Shown here piece after piece: positions 24,356 to 36,000 of a stretch of DNA of 64,000 nt. This stretch comes from Azolla caroliniana (taxonomy: Eukaryota; Plantae; Polypodiophyta). Location of the stretch: positions 5,766,001 through 5,830,000 of the forward strand of contig JBHGNT010000016.1 of the NCBI GenBank assembly GCA_043228905.1, read 5' to 3'. The position numbers were made by a program, and so were the translations under genes. Each line of letters opens with the position of its first letter. The stretch's first letter is position 1. The notes under the pieces are model-generated. The model did not search any database, was not told where the DNA came from, and saw nothing but the letters and a program-made list of their open reading frames with translations.

Positions 24356-26073
24356 AATTTCTTGATATTTATGGAGTTATATCCTTAATATTGTTCACTT
24401 TTCTACTACATATGGCGTTGTTGGGCAAAAACAGATTTGACTTGAGAGCTTATGAATGAGTAGATTTGGAGATCCTAGTAATTAGGCAATATAAGGGCAC
24501 TGACATAGGTGGGTGGTAACAAAGTGAAAAACAAATCCAGTTATTATACATGCATACATTGTGGTTCTTATTGTGGAGTACAACTCCAACATGAGGAAAA
24601 ACAATAAATCACTTGATTGATCTTGTATATTACTATTGCATACAACATGGACTTTTTAGCCTATACATTAATCCTATCGAACGACAACAATCACGACTTG
24701 CAATAATATGGGGGTTCTTATTGACGATACTCTCTAACCATAGTCTTATGGCACATTAGGCTTGTTAAAGAAGAAGTTGTTGACATTGTTGAGTTACCTT
24801 CGGTTGTTGAACAATGGGTAGTTCAAATTGTAAGATGGGAAAGTCAATGAGTGGAATTTGGTGTGGCGACAAGACAATTGTAACAAAATTGAGGACACCT
24901 TGGAGATTCACCCTTTGGATTCATGTGAACATTACCTTATTTATATTCAAATTATTGGTCCTACAACACACACACACACACCCCACCTTCATATTGAACA
25001 CAAAAATCCAACAAGATATCGTGAATGAACCAAACAACTACAATCTACAGAAGGAAAAGAACGTTTCCTAGAAGATATCGGTGATAGTCTTAGAAACAAC
25101 ATAACTACATGCTCCTAGAGTCCTACAGAACAACGATTTGCTTAATAATAATAAAACAAGGCTCCATCAGCTCTCTATGTTCTACACAATGACTACAGTG
25201 TGTAAACGAGACAAACGTGTGCCGTTCGATATAATGTACAAGATTCCGAAGCCTTACGTACTATATACATATGCATCTCAAATATGAGAACATGATGCAA
25301 TTTTGCAGCTTGTGCTTTCCCACAATAAGGTTGTGTGTTCAAGTCTAGCAGATCAACTGGTTTAATGTTTTCTGCTCAATTTAATTATATAATCTCTCTG
25401 TAATTCTGGTTTGAGATCATGCATACAGTTTGCAAACTGCCCCTGACTAATGGCTGAGCTGAATAAGTAAGCAATGTCTATGGTGTCTTGTCTCTGTCAT
25501 CCGTAGATACATTACATGCTACCATGGATCAATGGGCTCCTCAGCCTCGGTTTGGTGAAAGGCAACCTTCTTCTCGTTCAGAGAGAAGGTTAAAACGGAG
25601 AGGAGGAAGAGAACAAGACTATGGGGCCTATTCAGAGCATATTTCTTCTGAAGAAACGATCGCTTGGAATCAAAAGAAGAAGAAGAGGCAAAGAAGAAGA
25701 ACAAGATAAGAAGATGCTCTTTCTCAATAGATGGAGCCAATCAAAAAACAAAAGAAAGAAGAGGGAAAGAAAAAAACTTGAAAACGAAGAAGAAGAAGAA
25801 GAAGAAGAAGAAGAAGAAGGAAGAGAAATTTCATGTTTTTAAGGAGCATCCATATCTTGATCAACAAAGAGAAAAAAATCTAGGTATGCTCTACATAAGG
25901 ATCCAAATCAGAAGAAAAACAATGAGATACGCTCTTCAGAATGACCCAAATCTCGAAAACAAAGAAGAAGAAAGAAGAAAGGAAGAATCAAGTTCTGCTT
26001 TTCAGAGGCTATGACCCCAAATCTTGCAAATAAGGAAAGGAAAGGACAAAAGAAATGAACAGTAAGGCAAAGT

Positions 26074-28956
26074 ATGCAAATCCGGCCTAGAGTAGGGGCT
26101 GTGTATAACATGGAGCCTGCTGGCTCAGTTATTGACCTTTCAGGATCTATTACAGACTTTTCTCAGTCAATGCAACAATGCCGAAAGGATAGAGACCGAT
26201 CCCGAGCTCGAAAGGTACATGTTTACTTGTATAAATGTGGATTAGATTCTCACAGATCACTAGGAAATTACCTTGTCTCTTTATTAGTAGATGTTGGATG
26301 CATGATAGATGCACGACAAGTTTTTGATAGAATTCCTTACAGGAATGAATGCTCTTGTTATTCCCTTATGTCTGGATATGTGAAACAAGGGAACCCATCC
26401 TCAGCCCTTAGCCTCTTTGACAAAATGCAAATGGACAGTGATGATTCACTGCAGCATGCAGCCTTTTTGCCTCTCTTGAAGGCTTGTACGAAGCTCAAAG
26501 ATGTGGATAGGGGCATTGAAGTGCATGCTAAAGTTGCGAGACTGGGGTTGGTTCAAAGAGATATGTTCATTGGATGTGCTTTGGTTGACATGTATGCAAA
26601 ATGTGGACTTCTTCGTAGAGCCTATGAAACATTTGAAAAGCTTCCGAGTAAGGATGTGGTTGCCTGGACATCATTAGTGACAGGATATGTTGAACATGGT
26701 CATGGTGAGGAAGCTCTCAAGTTTTTTCAGCAGATGCAGCTCGAGGGTGTATCACCAGATCTTGTTACATTTTCTTGTGGCTTAAAAGCTTGTGGTAGTG
26801 TCCAAGCCATGAAAAAGGGAGGAGAAATACATGCACTGATCGGGAAGTCCGGTTTTCTAGAACAAGATCTCGTAGTTGGAACAACCCTAGTGGATATGTA
26901 TTCTAAAGGAGGTTGTTTTTTCAGAGCCCAGGAAATCTTTGATAACCTTGAAGTTAGAGACGTGGTTGCTTGGAATGCTCTTATTGGAGGTTATGCTGAA
27001 CATGGAAAGGGTGAGGAAGCACTCAATTGTTTTGAGTTGATGCGAATTGAGTGTCTCTCTCCTGATGTTGTCACATTTTCTTGTAGCTTGAAGGCTTGTG
27101 GTATTGTGAAAGCTGTACACCTAGGCCACGATATACATAGTGAAATTGAAAGGAAAGGGTTGTTGGAGGGAGAGATTCTTGTTGGAAACATGTTGGTTGA
27201 TATGTATGCAAAATTTGGGTTCCTTGACACAGCACACCAAGTGTTTGACATGATTCCCATGCAAGATGTTGTCTCATGGACCTCACTTATCTCTGGATAT
27301 GCAGAGTATGGCAATAGTGAAGAAGCCCTAATGTTGTTTGAGAAGATGCAAATTGCAGGTGTCTCTCCCAATGCTGCAACTTATGTTTCCATTTTGAAAG
27401 CTTGTGGCAACATGTATGCCTCTGAAAAAGGTCGATATTTGCATGCCGAAATTGAGAGAAAGGGGCTGATGAAAAGTGACCTTATTATAGGTAACACCTT
27501 GATCGATATGTATGCTAAATGTGGGTTGCTTTATATGGCACAAGAGGTTTTTGACAAACTTATAGTTCGAGACGTTGTTTCGTGGACTACACTAATTACC
27601 GGATATGCTGAACATGGGCATGATAAGGAAGCACTAAAGTGCTTTCAGCAGATGCAATTGGATGGAGTCTCTCCAAATGCCATGACATTTGTGAGTAGCT
27701 TAAAATCATGTGGAAGCCTTGGAGCCACAGGCAAGGGTCAGGAGATACACGCTGAAATCGAGCGGAAAGGGTTGTTGAAAACAAATGTTTTAATCGGAAA
27801 CACTCTGCTTGATATGTATGCTAAATGCGGCTCTCTTTCCTTAGCACAACAAGTGTTTGACAATCTTCATGCCCGAGATGTAGTGTCATGGACAACACTC
27901 ATCACTGGATATGCTGAACATGGGCATGGCAAACAAGCAGTTCAATATTTTGAGCAAATGCAACGACAGGGTATCTCCCCGAATGCTGCAACATATGTGT
28001 GTAGCTTGAAAGCTTGTGGTAGCATCGGAGCAATAGAGAAGGCTGCTGAAATACATGCTCAAATCGAGAAAGATGGTTTGCTAGAAAAAGAACCTGTCGT
28101 AGGAAACACATTAATTGATATGTATGCTAAGTTTGGAATTCTTAACAAAGCACAAAGTGTATTTGATAAGCTTAAATTCCGGGATGTGGTTTCATGGACA
28201 GCTCTCATCGCTGGATATGCCGAACATGGGCATGGTGAAGAAGCATTGCAACAATTTGAGCAAATGAAGGTTGATGGCATTTTTCCAAATGCTGTCACAT
28301 TTGTGTGTGGTTTGAAAGCTTGTTGTAATATAGGGGCCACTGAAAAAGGGCGGGAGCTACACAGTGAAATTGAAAGAAAAGGGTTGCTAGCAAGTGACAT
28401 TATTGTTGGAAACACGTTAGTAGATATGTATGCCCAATGGGGTTCCCTTATAATTGCACAGCACGTCTTTGATGAACTCCCAGCCAGAGATGCAATTGCG
28501 TGTAATTCGCTTATTGCAGGATATGCTCAAGCAGGCAAATCTGAGAGTGCTTTTCATGTGTTTGAAAGAATGTTAGGTGAGCAAATAAAGCCAGATCCGA
28601 TCACTTTCATTATTGTTCTGAATGCATGCAGCCGAGCAGGACTATCTAGCAAGAGCAAAACATACTTTGAATCCATGAGCAAAGATTTTGGCATTATTCC
28701 AACTCTTGAGCATCATGCTGGCCTGGTTGATCTTCTATGCCGTGTTGGCCAATTGGATAAGGCTGTATCGATTATCAAGAAGATGCCCTTTTCTCCTAAT
28801 CTCGTTGTATGGAATACTGTGCTTGGTGCTTGTAGATATAATGGAAATGTGGAGCTCGGAAAGCATGCGTTTGAACATTCCCTTGATTTGGATGAAAAGG
28901 ATCCTGCAGCATACATCTTGATGTCTCAGATTTGTGCAGCTTTTGGCATACAATGA
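26074..28956 (+). CDS. PLS-E class PPR protein (organellar RNA-editing-factor type, ~8 triplets + E1/partial E2), intronless
   Basis: Regular PLS triplets, then P2-L2-S2, E1 'LVVWNTVLGACRYNGNVELGKHAFE' and E2 start 'AAYILMSQICAAFG'. No intact DYW domain. Start may be the Met at 26110. Confidence 0.96.
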   Translation: MQIRPRVGAVYNMEPAGSVIDLSGSITDFSQSMQQCRKDRDRSRARKVHVYLYKCGLDSHRSLGNYLVSLLVDVGCMIDARQVFDRIPYRNECSCYSLMSGYVKQGNPSSALSLFDKMQMDSDDSLQHAAFLPLLKACTKLKDVDRGIEVHAKVARLGLVQRDMFIGCALVDMYAKCGLLRRAYETFEKLPSKDVVAWTSLVTGYVEHGHGEEALKFFQQMQLEGVSPDLVTFSCGLKACGSVQAMKKGGEIHALIGKSGFLEQDLVVGTTLVDMYSKGGCFFRAQEIFDNLEVRDVVAWNALIGGYAEHGKGEEALNCFELMRIECLSPDVVTFSCSLKACGIVKAVHLGHDIHSEIERKGLLEGEILVGNMLVDMYAKFGFLDTAHQVFDMIPMQDVVSWTSLISGYAEYGNSEEALMLFEKMQIAGVSPNAATYVSILKACGNMYASEKGRYLHAEIERKGLMKSDLIIGNTLIDMYAKCGLLYMAQEVFDKLIVRDVVSWTTLITGYAEHGHDKEALKCFQQMQLDGVSPNAMTFVSSLKSCGSLGATGKGQEIHAEIERKGLLKTNVLIGNTLLDMYAKCGSLSLAQQVFDNLHARDVVSWTTLITGYAEHGHGKQAVQYFEQMQRQGISPNAATYVCSLKACGSIGAIEKAAEIHAQIEKDGLLEKEPVVGNTLIDMYAKFGILNKAQSVFDKLKFRDVVSWTALIAGYAEHGHGEEALQQFEQMKVDGIFPNAVTFVCGLKACCNIGATEKGRELHSEIERKGLLASDIIVGNTLVDMYAQWGSLIIAQHVFDELPARDAIACNSLIAGYAQAGKSESAFHVFERMLGEQIKPDPITFIIVLNACSRAGLSSKSKTYFESMSKDFGIIPTLEHHAGLVDLLCRVGQLDKAVSIIKKMPFSPNLVVWNTVLGACRYNGNVELGKHAFEHSLDLDEKDPAAYILMSQICAAFGIQ

Positions 28957-31417
28957 TTGTGTTATAATGGACATGTGGCAAAACTAAAGAGAGGGAAATG
29001 GATGCCAAATTTTTCATTCTCTTAATTGGGAAGAGAATGCTTGCAGCCATTTTTGTAGATCGAGTGAAGTAGGGCTAACATAACACTGTTGAGGTTGTGA
29101 AGTGCATGAAGCTTTGTCACACTTGTTTATACTAAAGCTTGTGATAAATTTGTCCGAGCTTTTGGTTTAATCTCTTTTGTTTATTGGTATGATTTTTAGC
29201 ATGTATAGTGTTGTCTCAAAGGATTGATTCAGATCCGATAAACCTTTGCATTTATCTTCATGATCGTCACTCACAGTGACCTCTTCAAGAATGTATAGAG
29301 TAAATTTTCTTGGGAAGGCCTCTGATATTTGGTTAAATGATTGTCACACATGTAAATTGATGAAGAGGCAGCACATTGGGTTGCCATTCAAGAACCATTC
29401 AAATATCTATATAAACAAACCTCACTATCAAGGAGCAGACCAGGCTTGATCCATATGTGCATGAGAACATAATATCTTTGTGTCATATCCTTGAAATTTT
29501 CAACACGAGTTTGTGATTTCCATCAAGTCAGTAGAACTAAAATTTGATGGCATCATTTCTTATGACAGGCAACCCTGTGCTTTGTCTTTCAAGATGAGTC
29601 TTTCCATTATTTATAGGTATAAGAAAAACATGGAATGGAACTCTATCAAATGATGGGTACAATTTTTAAGAGGATGTTTTGACAGCTGTCAAAATTTGGC
29701 ATGCCCTTTGACTCCATCTCAATATGGGAAAATTTATGCAACCCTCCGGAGATTGTTGAAAGATTGTACTGAGTTTGTCTTCTATGTTTAATTGTCCCTT
29801 TGTATCTTATTAAGGCTAGACAAATTTTCTTTGAGAAGAATTTCCACTCTGTTCCAGCATGAACCGGACGGATTCCTTTCATCAGCCTTCTTTCAATGAC
29901 ATTAATCATGCATAATACTTATTTAAGTGTTGGAGTTATGAATGAGCTGACTTTGTATGGTACCTGTGTGAGGAAGTTATGTAAATAATAATCAATTATA
30001 ATTCCTTCATGTGAATTATCACTATAATTGAAGCATCTACAACACAATTAATTCACTAGTTATGACCTCCAACCACAGAGGGCACCAATGACAATGGATG
30101 TTCAGGGAGTTAATGAAACGACTTCATGGGTGCACTCTTGCTTAGGATAATTACTCCATTTGATTTCTTAACTCATACGGTGTTTTTCCTATGTTCCACC
30201 ACACTTCATACTTCTATGCACAACTTTCTTGGTACCTTTTATGCTTTATAACTTTTTTTATCTCATATTTTGACAATTGTATCATATGATTCATTTGGCA
30301 ATTCTAATATGGGTCTCATTGGTCATGTTGTCCTTCATAAATGTTAATAGCATTGCATTTAATTTGTTTTGGCTTGCCCCCATAGTTAAGTTGGAGAGCT
30401 TTTGATATTGTGCTTTTATTGATGCAATGACCCATACCTCTTATGTATGGACCAATAACAATAGTGCCCTAGCATACTTTCAACATAAAAAAAATCTGTT
30501 ATGTACGAGGTAATATTGACAATATTCTTTATATTTTTAATGAAATCAAAATGCATTGTTGGTCTCACCAATGGAATGAAAATGATTGTTTTAGAGTTTT
30601 TTTGAGCTTGATTGGGACACAAGTTATGAAGCACTATTGGCCATTCCATATTCGAGAAAAAACCTAACACTTCATCTAGAGTTGCCCAATTTTAGTCAAG
30701 GACAAAGTCGTCCACACGAATGGATGACATCTAGATTGGTCATGCCATTATTCGCTAATGGTGTACCACTCAGTGTAGAAACAAAGACATGTTTTCAAAG
30801 AGGAATGTCTTGAGCACGAGGATCGATCGAGTTGAAGAACAAATGAGTTTCATGATGGATCAATTCTTATTCGGCAATGGCTCAACGTGATCGAATATAT
30901 TGAAACAAGACCAATCATGGCATGGTTTGGTTCTTTGACTTGACGAATAATCAAAACACAACTTGTGTTTACCGAAATGCAACGTCGGTTTGAAAAACGC
31001 AAGGAAAAAGTTGATCACGATGGTCAATCGAGGAGTTGAGGCTCTGCCCACGTAAAATGGGGCCAGTTTTGTAACCGATTGATGGAAGGAGACACAGAGA
31101 CCATCACACAAATTTGGCGATCAACAAAAAGCGATCGAATCTCTACTATCAGCTCTTCAGGGAATTATAAGAGACGATCCATAAGTAATCTAATTGATAA
31201 ATTAAACTAATCAATTAATTAATGGATTAATTAAACTAATCAATTAATCAATTGATTAATCAAACGAATTAATTTATTAATGAATGAATATGAAAATATG
31301 ATGGGCGATGGGAATGAGAAGATGGTTTGGTTTCTTCCTTCCTTTGCTTCTCCTCCCCCGACGACCCTTCCTTTTTGAACCATCGCGAGTAATCTGGATT
31401 CTGCCTGTCTCAACCCA

Positions 31418-31433
31418 AAACCCTAACCCTAAA
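31418..31433 (+). promoter_or_regulatory. Telo-box (AAACCCTAA) tandem in a pyrimidine-rich probable 5' region of the CNBD gene; candidate leader exon ending at a GT donor at ~31625
   Basis: AAACCCTAACCCTAAA downstream of a CT-rich patch (31330-31380). Similar telo-boxes at ~15488 (SLY1 intron start) and 55870-55878 (exonuclease gene). Confidence 0.5.
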
Positions 31434-33000
31434 TCTCTGTGTTCCTGCTAACCTTTTCGGTTACATCTCGAAAGACACAGATGAACATATCCATCATATC
31501 TGATCTTCTCCAACAATGGCAGAGGTTCGGCCAAGATTCTTGATTCCGTTGCGATATTCCACTGAATATGCACTTCTGCTGATGAGGATATTTTTCTCGA
31601 TTCTTTCCCAGAATCCTCCAAATGGTATGTATGCATATCGGAACTATGTTTGGAAAACAGTAAATATCTAAATTTGTTAAAATAGTTCGAGATGTTTAGC
31701 TAGTGAAGGAATGCCAACCTGATGAGTGCGAACAAAGGAGAAAACATGGGATATATAGTCACAATAAATGAGATGCTGTTTATACATTATTTAATTAGGA
31801 AGGTTGATCTTTGAGGAAATCTCTATAATTTAACTCCATTGAATTAAGCATTCGATATAAGGATTTTGTCTTGGGATGTAATTTCTTATTTATACATTAA
31901 AAGAATGAAAAGCAACGGTGCTAATGAAAGACCATCAAATATGGGCAGATAGTTCAAATCCAATGCAAAAGAGTTGTTCATGACATCTTTCTTGTTTATA
32001 AATTGTTGAACAAGGAGGAGAGGTTATATGGGCATATAGCTACATTGTCAGTGAAAGGAGTTAAATTGAGACATATATTCTTGTATGAACTTTTTTGAAT
32101 AAGGAAGCTCATCAAATATATTATTGTGGATTTAGAATGCCATCGAAATAGCTTGCAATGGGATATATATTTCTTGTTTATACATTTTGGAAGAAGGAAG
32201 ATAGATGCTGAAGGAAACCATGAAACATTCAAGGAAAAGTGATGTTTCATGAGGCATTTTTCAAGGAAAACAGATGTTTACAAGCGAGTGGAGATGGTAG
32301 AGGAAAACCCTATAAGTTTTTCAATCATATTGGGTGAACAATTGAATTTTCTTATGAGGGAGGGAATTGTTTTGGACATATTTGATTTATTTGTGCATTG
32401 TTGAATGAGGAGGGAAGATGTTAGAGGAAATCTTCCAAACATGGTACATTGTTATCATGTGAGGGAAAGCAGGTTGTTATGAGACATGAACACCATGTTA
32501 TTCTTGTGACAAGTCAAGTTTCTGGTTGACTATGCTGGAACGCTACAATGTTGCTGGGGGGGTACTCATGGAATGTATGAAGCTACCTCCTCTCATTTCA
32601 CAGCACCTCACTTGCGCGATACCTTTTCATGCTAAGAAGAGAAATGTTAGAGCTATAAATAAACTCGATAATATTAAGTGGTCTTTTCCAGTACAGGGTG
32701 TTTTTCTTGGTACAATTTGTTTATTTTATGTGTTGTAGAGCTTTAGAAAATTTTAGAATGCAAGATTCATTTAGTGGGAGATAGTCAGAATTTGCATGCA
32801 TGCACTAACCTGAAATCTCAATCATCCTTCCTCCATCTTTGAATTGGTAATGGGCTGCCAATCACTCAATTGTTATCATCTACTAAATGAGTCAAAGCCA
32901 TATTTTGTTTGCTGGTAGCATAAAGATGGAGAAATCCTATTTGGCATTTGGTTTTCATTTTGTTCTGCTTCTCATATTCTTTTCATTGCTTCCCCATTCA

Positions 33001-36000
33001 ATGTCTGCTACTTCTTGTGATCTACTCCCAAAACATCTGAATTATTCTTTCCCCAATGCACGAGAAAGATGCAAGTTCAAGAGACACATTGAAAAGCCAA
33101 ACAAGAACAACCATATCCAACTAGTAGCATACGTTAATTAAAAATTCATCACATCTATGTTTGGCCAATAAAAGGTTTGTGTTTTCAATTAAGCTTCAAA
33201 TTTTAATGGCACGTGTAGGCATTAACTGTGCCTGATGGACGACGTGGTTTGGCACATTTTCAGCTAGAAAGTCGGAGGAATGTTCTAAAAAAATGGTAAG
33301 GCCCTGCCAGATTCTTTTTCACAGTTTCTATTTTCGTAATTAATAATCGAAAATTTAATAAAAACTTGGGTAGTCAATGAACTGCTCTCATTGTTTTAGA
33401 TGTTTGTTTTGTAGTAGGAACTTGGCTTAAACTTCTTATGCACTAATCTGGAAATCTAAGATACTCATATATAGTGCCATTTTGTGAACGAAATTTGATT
33501 TTCAATTTCGTTTGATGCAATATTGCAGAAATTGCAAGGTATAAGCACATCATAAATATAGATGGAGAAGGCTTTAAAATTTAATGGGAAAGTAGTAGGA
33601 TTAACAATATATACAGTCTTTGGAATCACTTGAGACAACATTTGTAGGCGAAGTCAATGCCCTCTTGATAAGTTAATTGTTTATGTTAAAACCTTTGACA
33701 AATAGCTCTTGTAGGTATTACAAGAACTCACGTAATTTCAAATATTAACAGTTGAAACTAGGGCTTTTGTGAGCTATGATGATGGTTTGGACATACTGAT
33801 TATTTCAGCCAGATGGGAGGCTGGAATTAAATGCTCAATGTCCAAAAGTTAGATCTTTTGATAACCAGACTTCTCGTTTGATAATGGAATATAATGCATT
33901 TGAATAGTTTTGCATTAAAATGAAAGCATTGATTTTTCATATCTCCACTTTCGAAACATATCTCCATCAAATCTTTATCATAAATAATCAAATATTAAGG
34001 TATCAAAATAAAGAAATGTACCAACAAACTTAATTGTAGATGTTGAAATTTAACTGAAAATGCTTTTACATTCTTGAAAGCTCCCAAGATCGAACCTTCA
34101 ATGAGCTCTATATACTTGAAGATGTTGCTGCCAGTGTCAAATTCATACATAATCTTCCATTTTCGAAACGTCTTGAGGTATTGCAACATTGCACATTTCT
34201 GTGAAATAGGAACTTCAGAAGTAAAAGTTTAGATGAAATATGTTCACTCAGACTCTATCTATAATATACATTTGCAACACCACCTTAAGCACTGTTATCA
34301 TAGACACGTGGGATACATGCAGGATGGGCCATCAGCAGTATTGTGTACCTTATTTTGGGGATGCATGTAAATCTTTCACCACAAGTAGAAGTAACTGAGC
34401 TATCATCCTTCAATCTTTGTAGTACATTAGTAATGTCAACATAGACACTCCCTATGGGTGTTTCCTGCATCTGGTCTTCATGTGATTATCTCGCACAGCT
34501 TATGCAGAGAAAAATAAGAGAATCCTGGTTCTGTTATGTCTTTATAGGCAAGAGTGTTGGTCCCTTTCTAATCAGCTAAATTCTAGAATAATGGATGATG
34601 TTTTGAAGGGGATTTGCCAAGCATTCACAATGAACATATTTATTGATTTTAGGCATGATTATTCAAAAGGATGTATGCCAAAATGATTCAAAGATGCAAA
34701 TTTATCCATGAATATGGAGATAATGATCACTTAATAGTTTACATGGTTGTAAATTTTTTCACCAAGTGTTACTGCTTAATTCAGGTTTACAAGCTCTTCA
34801 AATACCAGGAGGTTGAAGAAAGTACTACTGGTATGGTGGAAATTTTAAAGACTGCCCATTTTTCTATATTCTTATTGAAACATATTTTTTAATAAAGGTC
34901 TGTTTTCTTACTATATTCATACAGTATACAAGGTTAGGGATTTGGCAACCTGTATGTACATAATCTTCACAGGTTCTGTCAAGGTATACTATTTATAAAT
35001 ACTTGTAGGTATGCTGTCTTTATGCGTATTTTCTTTCTGGTCAGACCAGTGATAATTTTCTATTCCAATATTTTAAAGGTTTCAACGCTTGGTCAGAAAG
35101 CAAATGAGTTTACTATTTTGGGAGCTGACGACTACTTCGGAGAAGCAGTTCTTTTAAAGGAGGATCTACTAAGGCATGCATTTTTTGTTACATTAACTTA
35201 AAATATCAATGCATTTATCTACATTCATTTAAATTATTTTTTATGCCCCTTGGTACCTCACTTTTGATATGAAGAAAATGGGTGATTAAGTGAGAAGATT
35301 GAAAGTGAGATAGATAGGCATGTGCATATGAGTGTGTGTAAGTAACACAGTTCCATCTGCTGGAAACAGTTCTAGGGGCATAAAAAGATGAGAAAAAATA
35401 ATGGGGTTTGTTGAGCAAGGTAAATGTAGGAGCAGTCCATGGAACTTTCTATATCAGATTTACAACAATTTTTTTGAACATGCAATTCTTGTGGGGGAGG
35501 TTATCCGGGCCGTATGTACATTGTACATAGCACTGAAGAGGGGTGATAGTATGTTTTCCCTGGTCATTGTTTTTTATTATCATAGTCTGACAAGTACACT
35601 GGAAATAATGTTAGATGCACACAAATAGAATTAAGAATGATCATTTGATATAATTTGGAAATTTGACTCCTGTCGTTTATTCCAGGAGAGAGACTGTAAC
35701 TGCTAAAGAAAAGGTGTGAATCAGCGTCAGGTTAAAGAGAATAATTAACATTGAATAATGCATCCAAAATAATCATAAGAAACATAAAAAATGCAAAGCC
35801 TTTCTGCAATCCAAGCTAACATGATTATATGAATAGTCTCTTTGTAGAAATAATGATCGGATTTTCTAGCACTAGCAGGATTATCTCCTGGTGGGCCAAA
35901 TATTCTAATAGAATATCCTTTTCTGGGTCAATATGTAAAATTTACTTGTACCTTCGGAATGGATCCTTTGTCAGTCCCTTTGTGGCAGAGGCAACTGGAT

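Noticed and set aside
25520-25560. Minus-strand CTGAGGA resembling a hammerhead ribozyme core
   Set aside because: No GAAA after a stem II and no compatible stems I/III.
29235-29255. CGATAAACCTTTGCAT similar to miR162
   Set aside because: 3' end mismatched and only a very short hairpin; no proper star arm.
29436-29456. GACCAGGCTT similar to miR165/166
   Set aside because: Only ~10 contiguous matches and no precursor fold.
31516-31624. Candidate first coding exon of the CNBD gene (MAEVRPRFLIP...)
   Set aside because: Its donor phase does not fit exon 33219 and I found no bridging exon; treated as a probable 5'-UTR exon or uORF.
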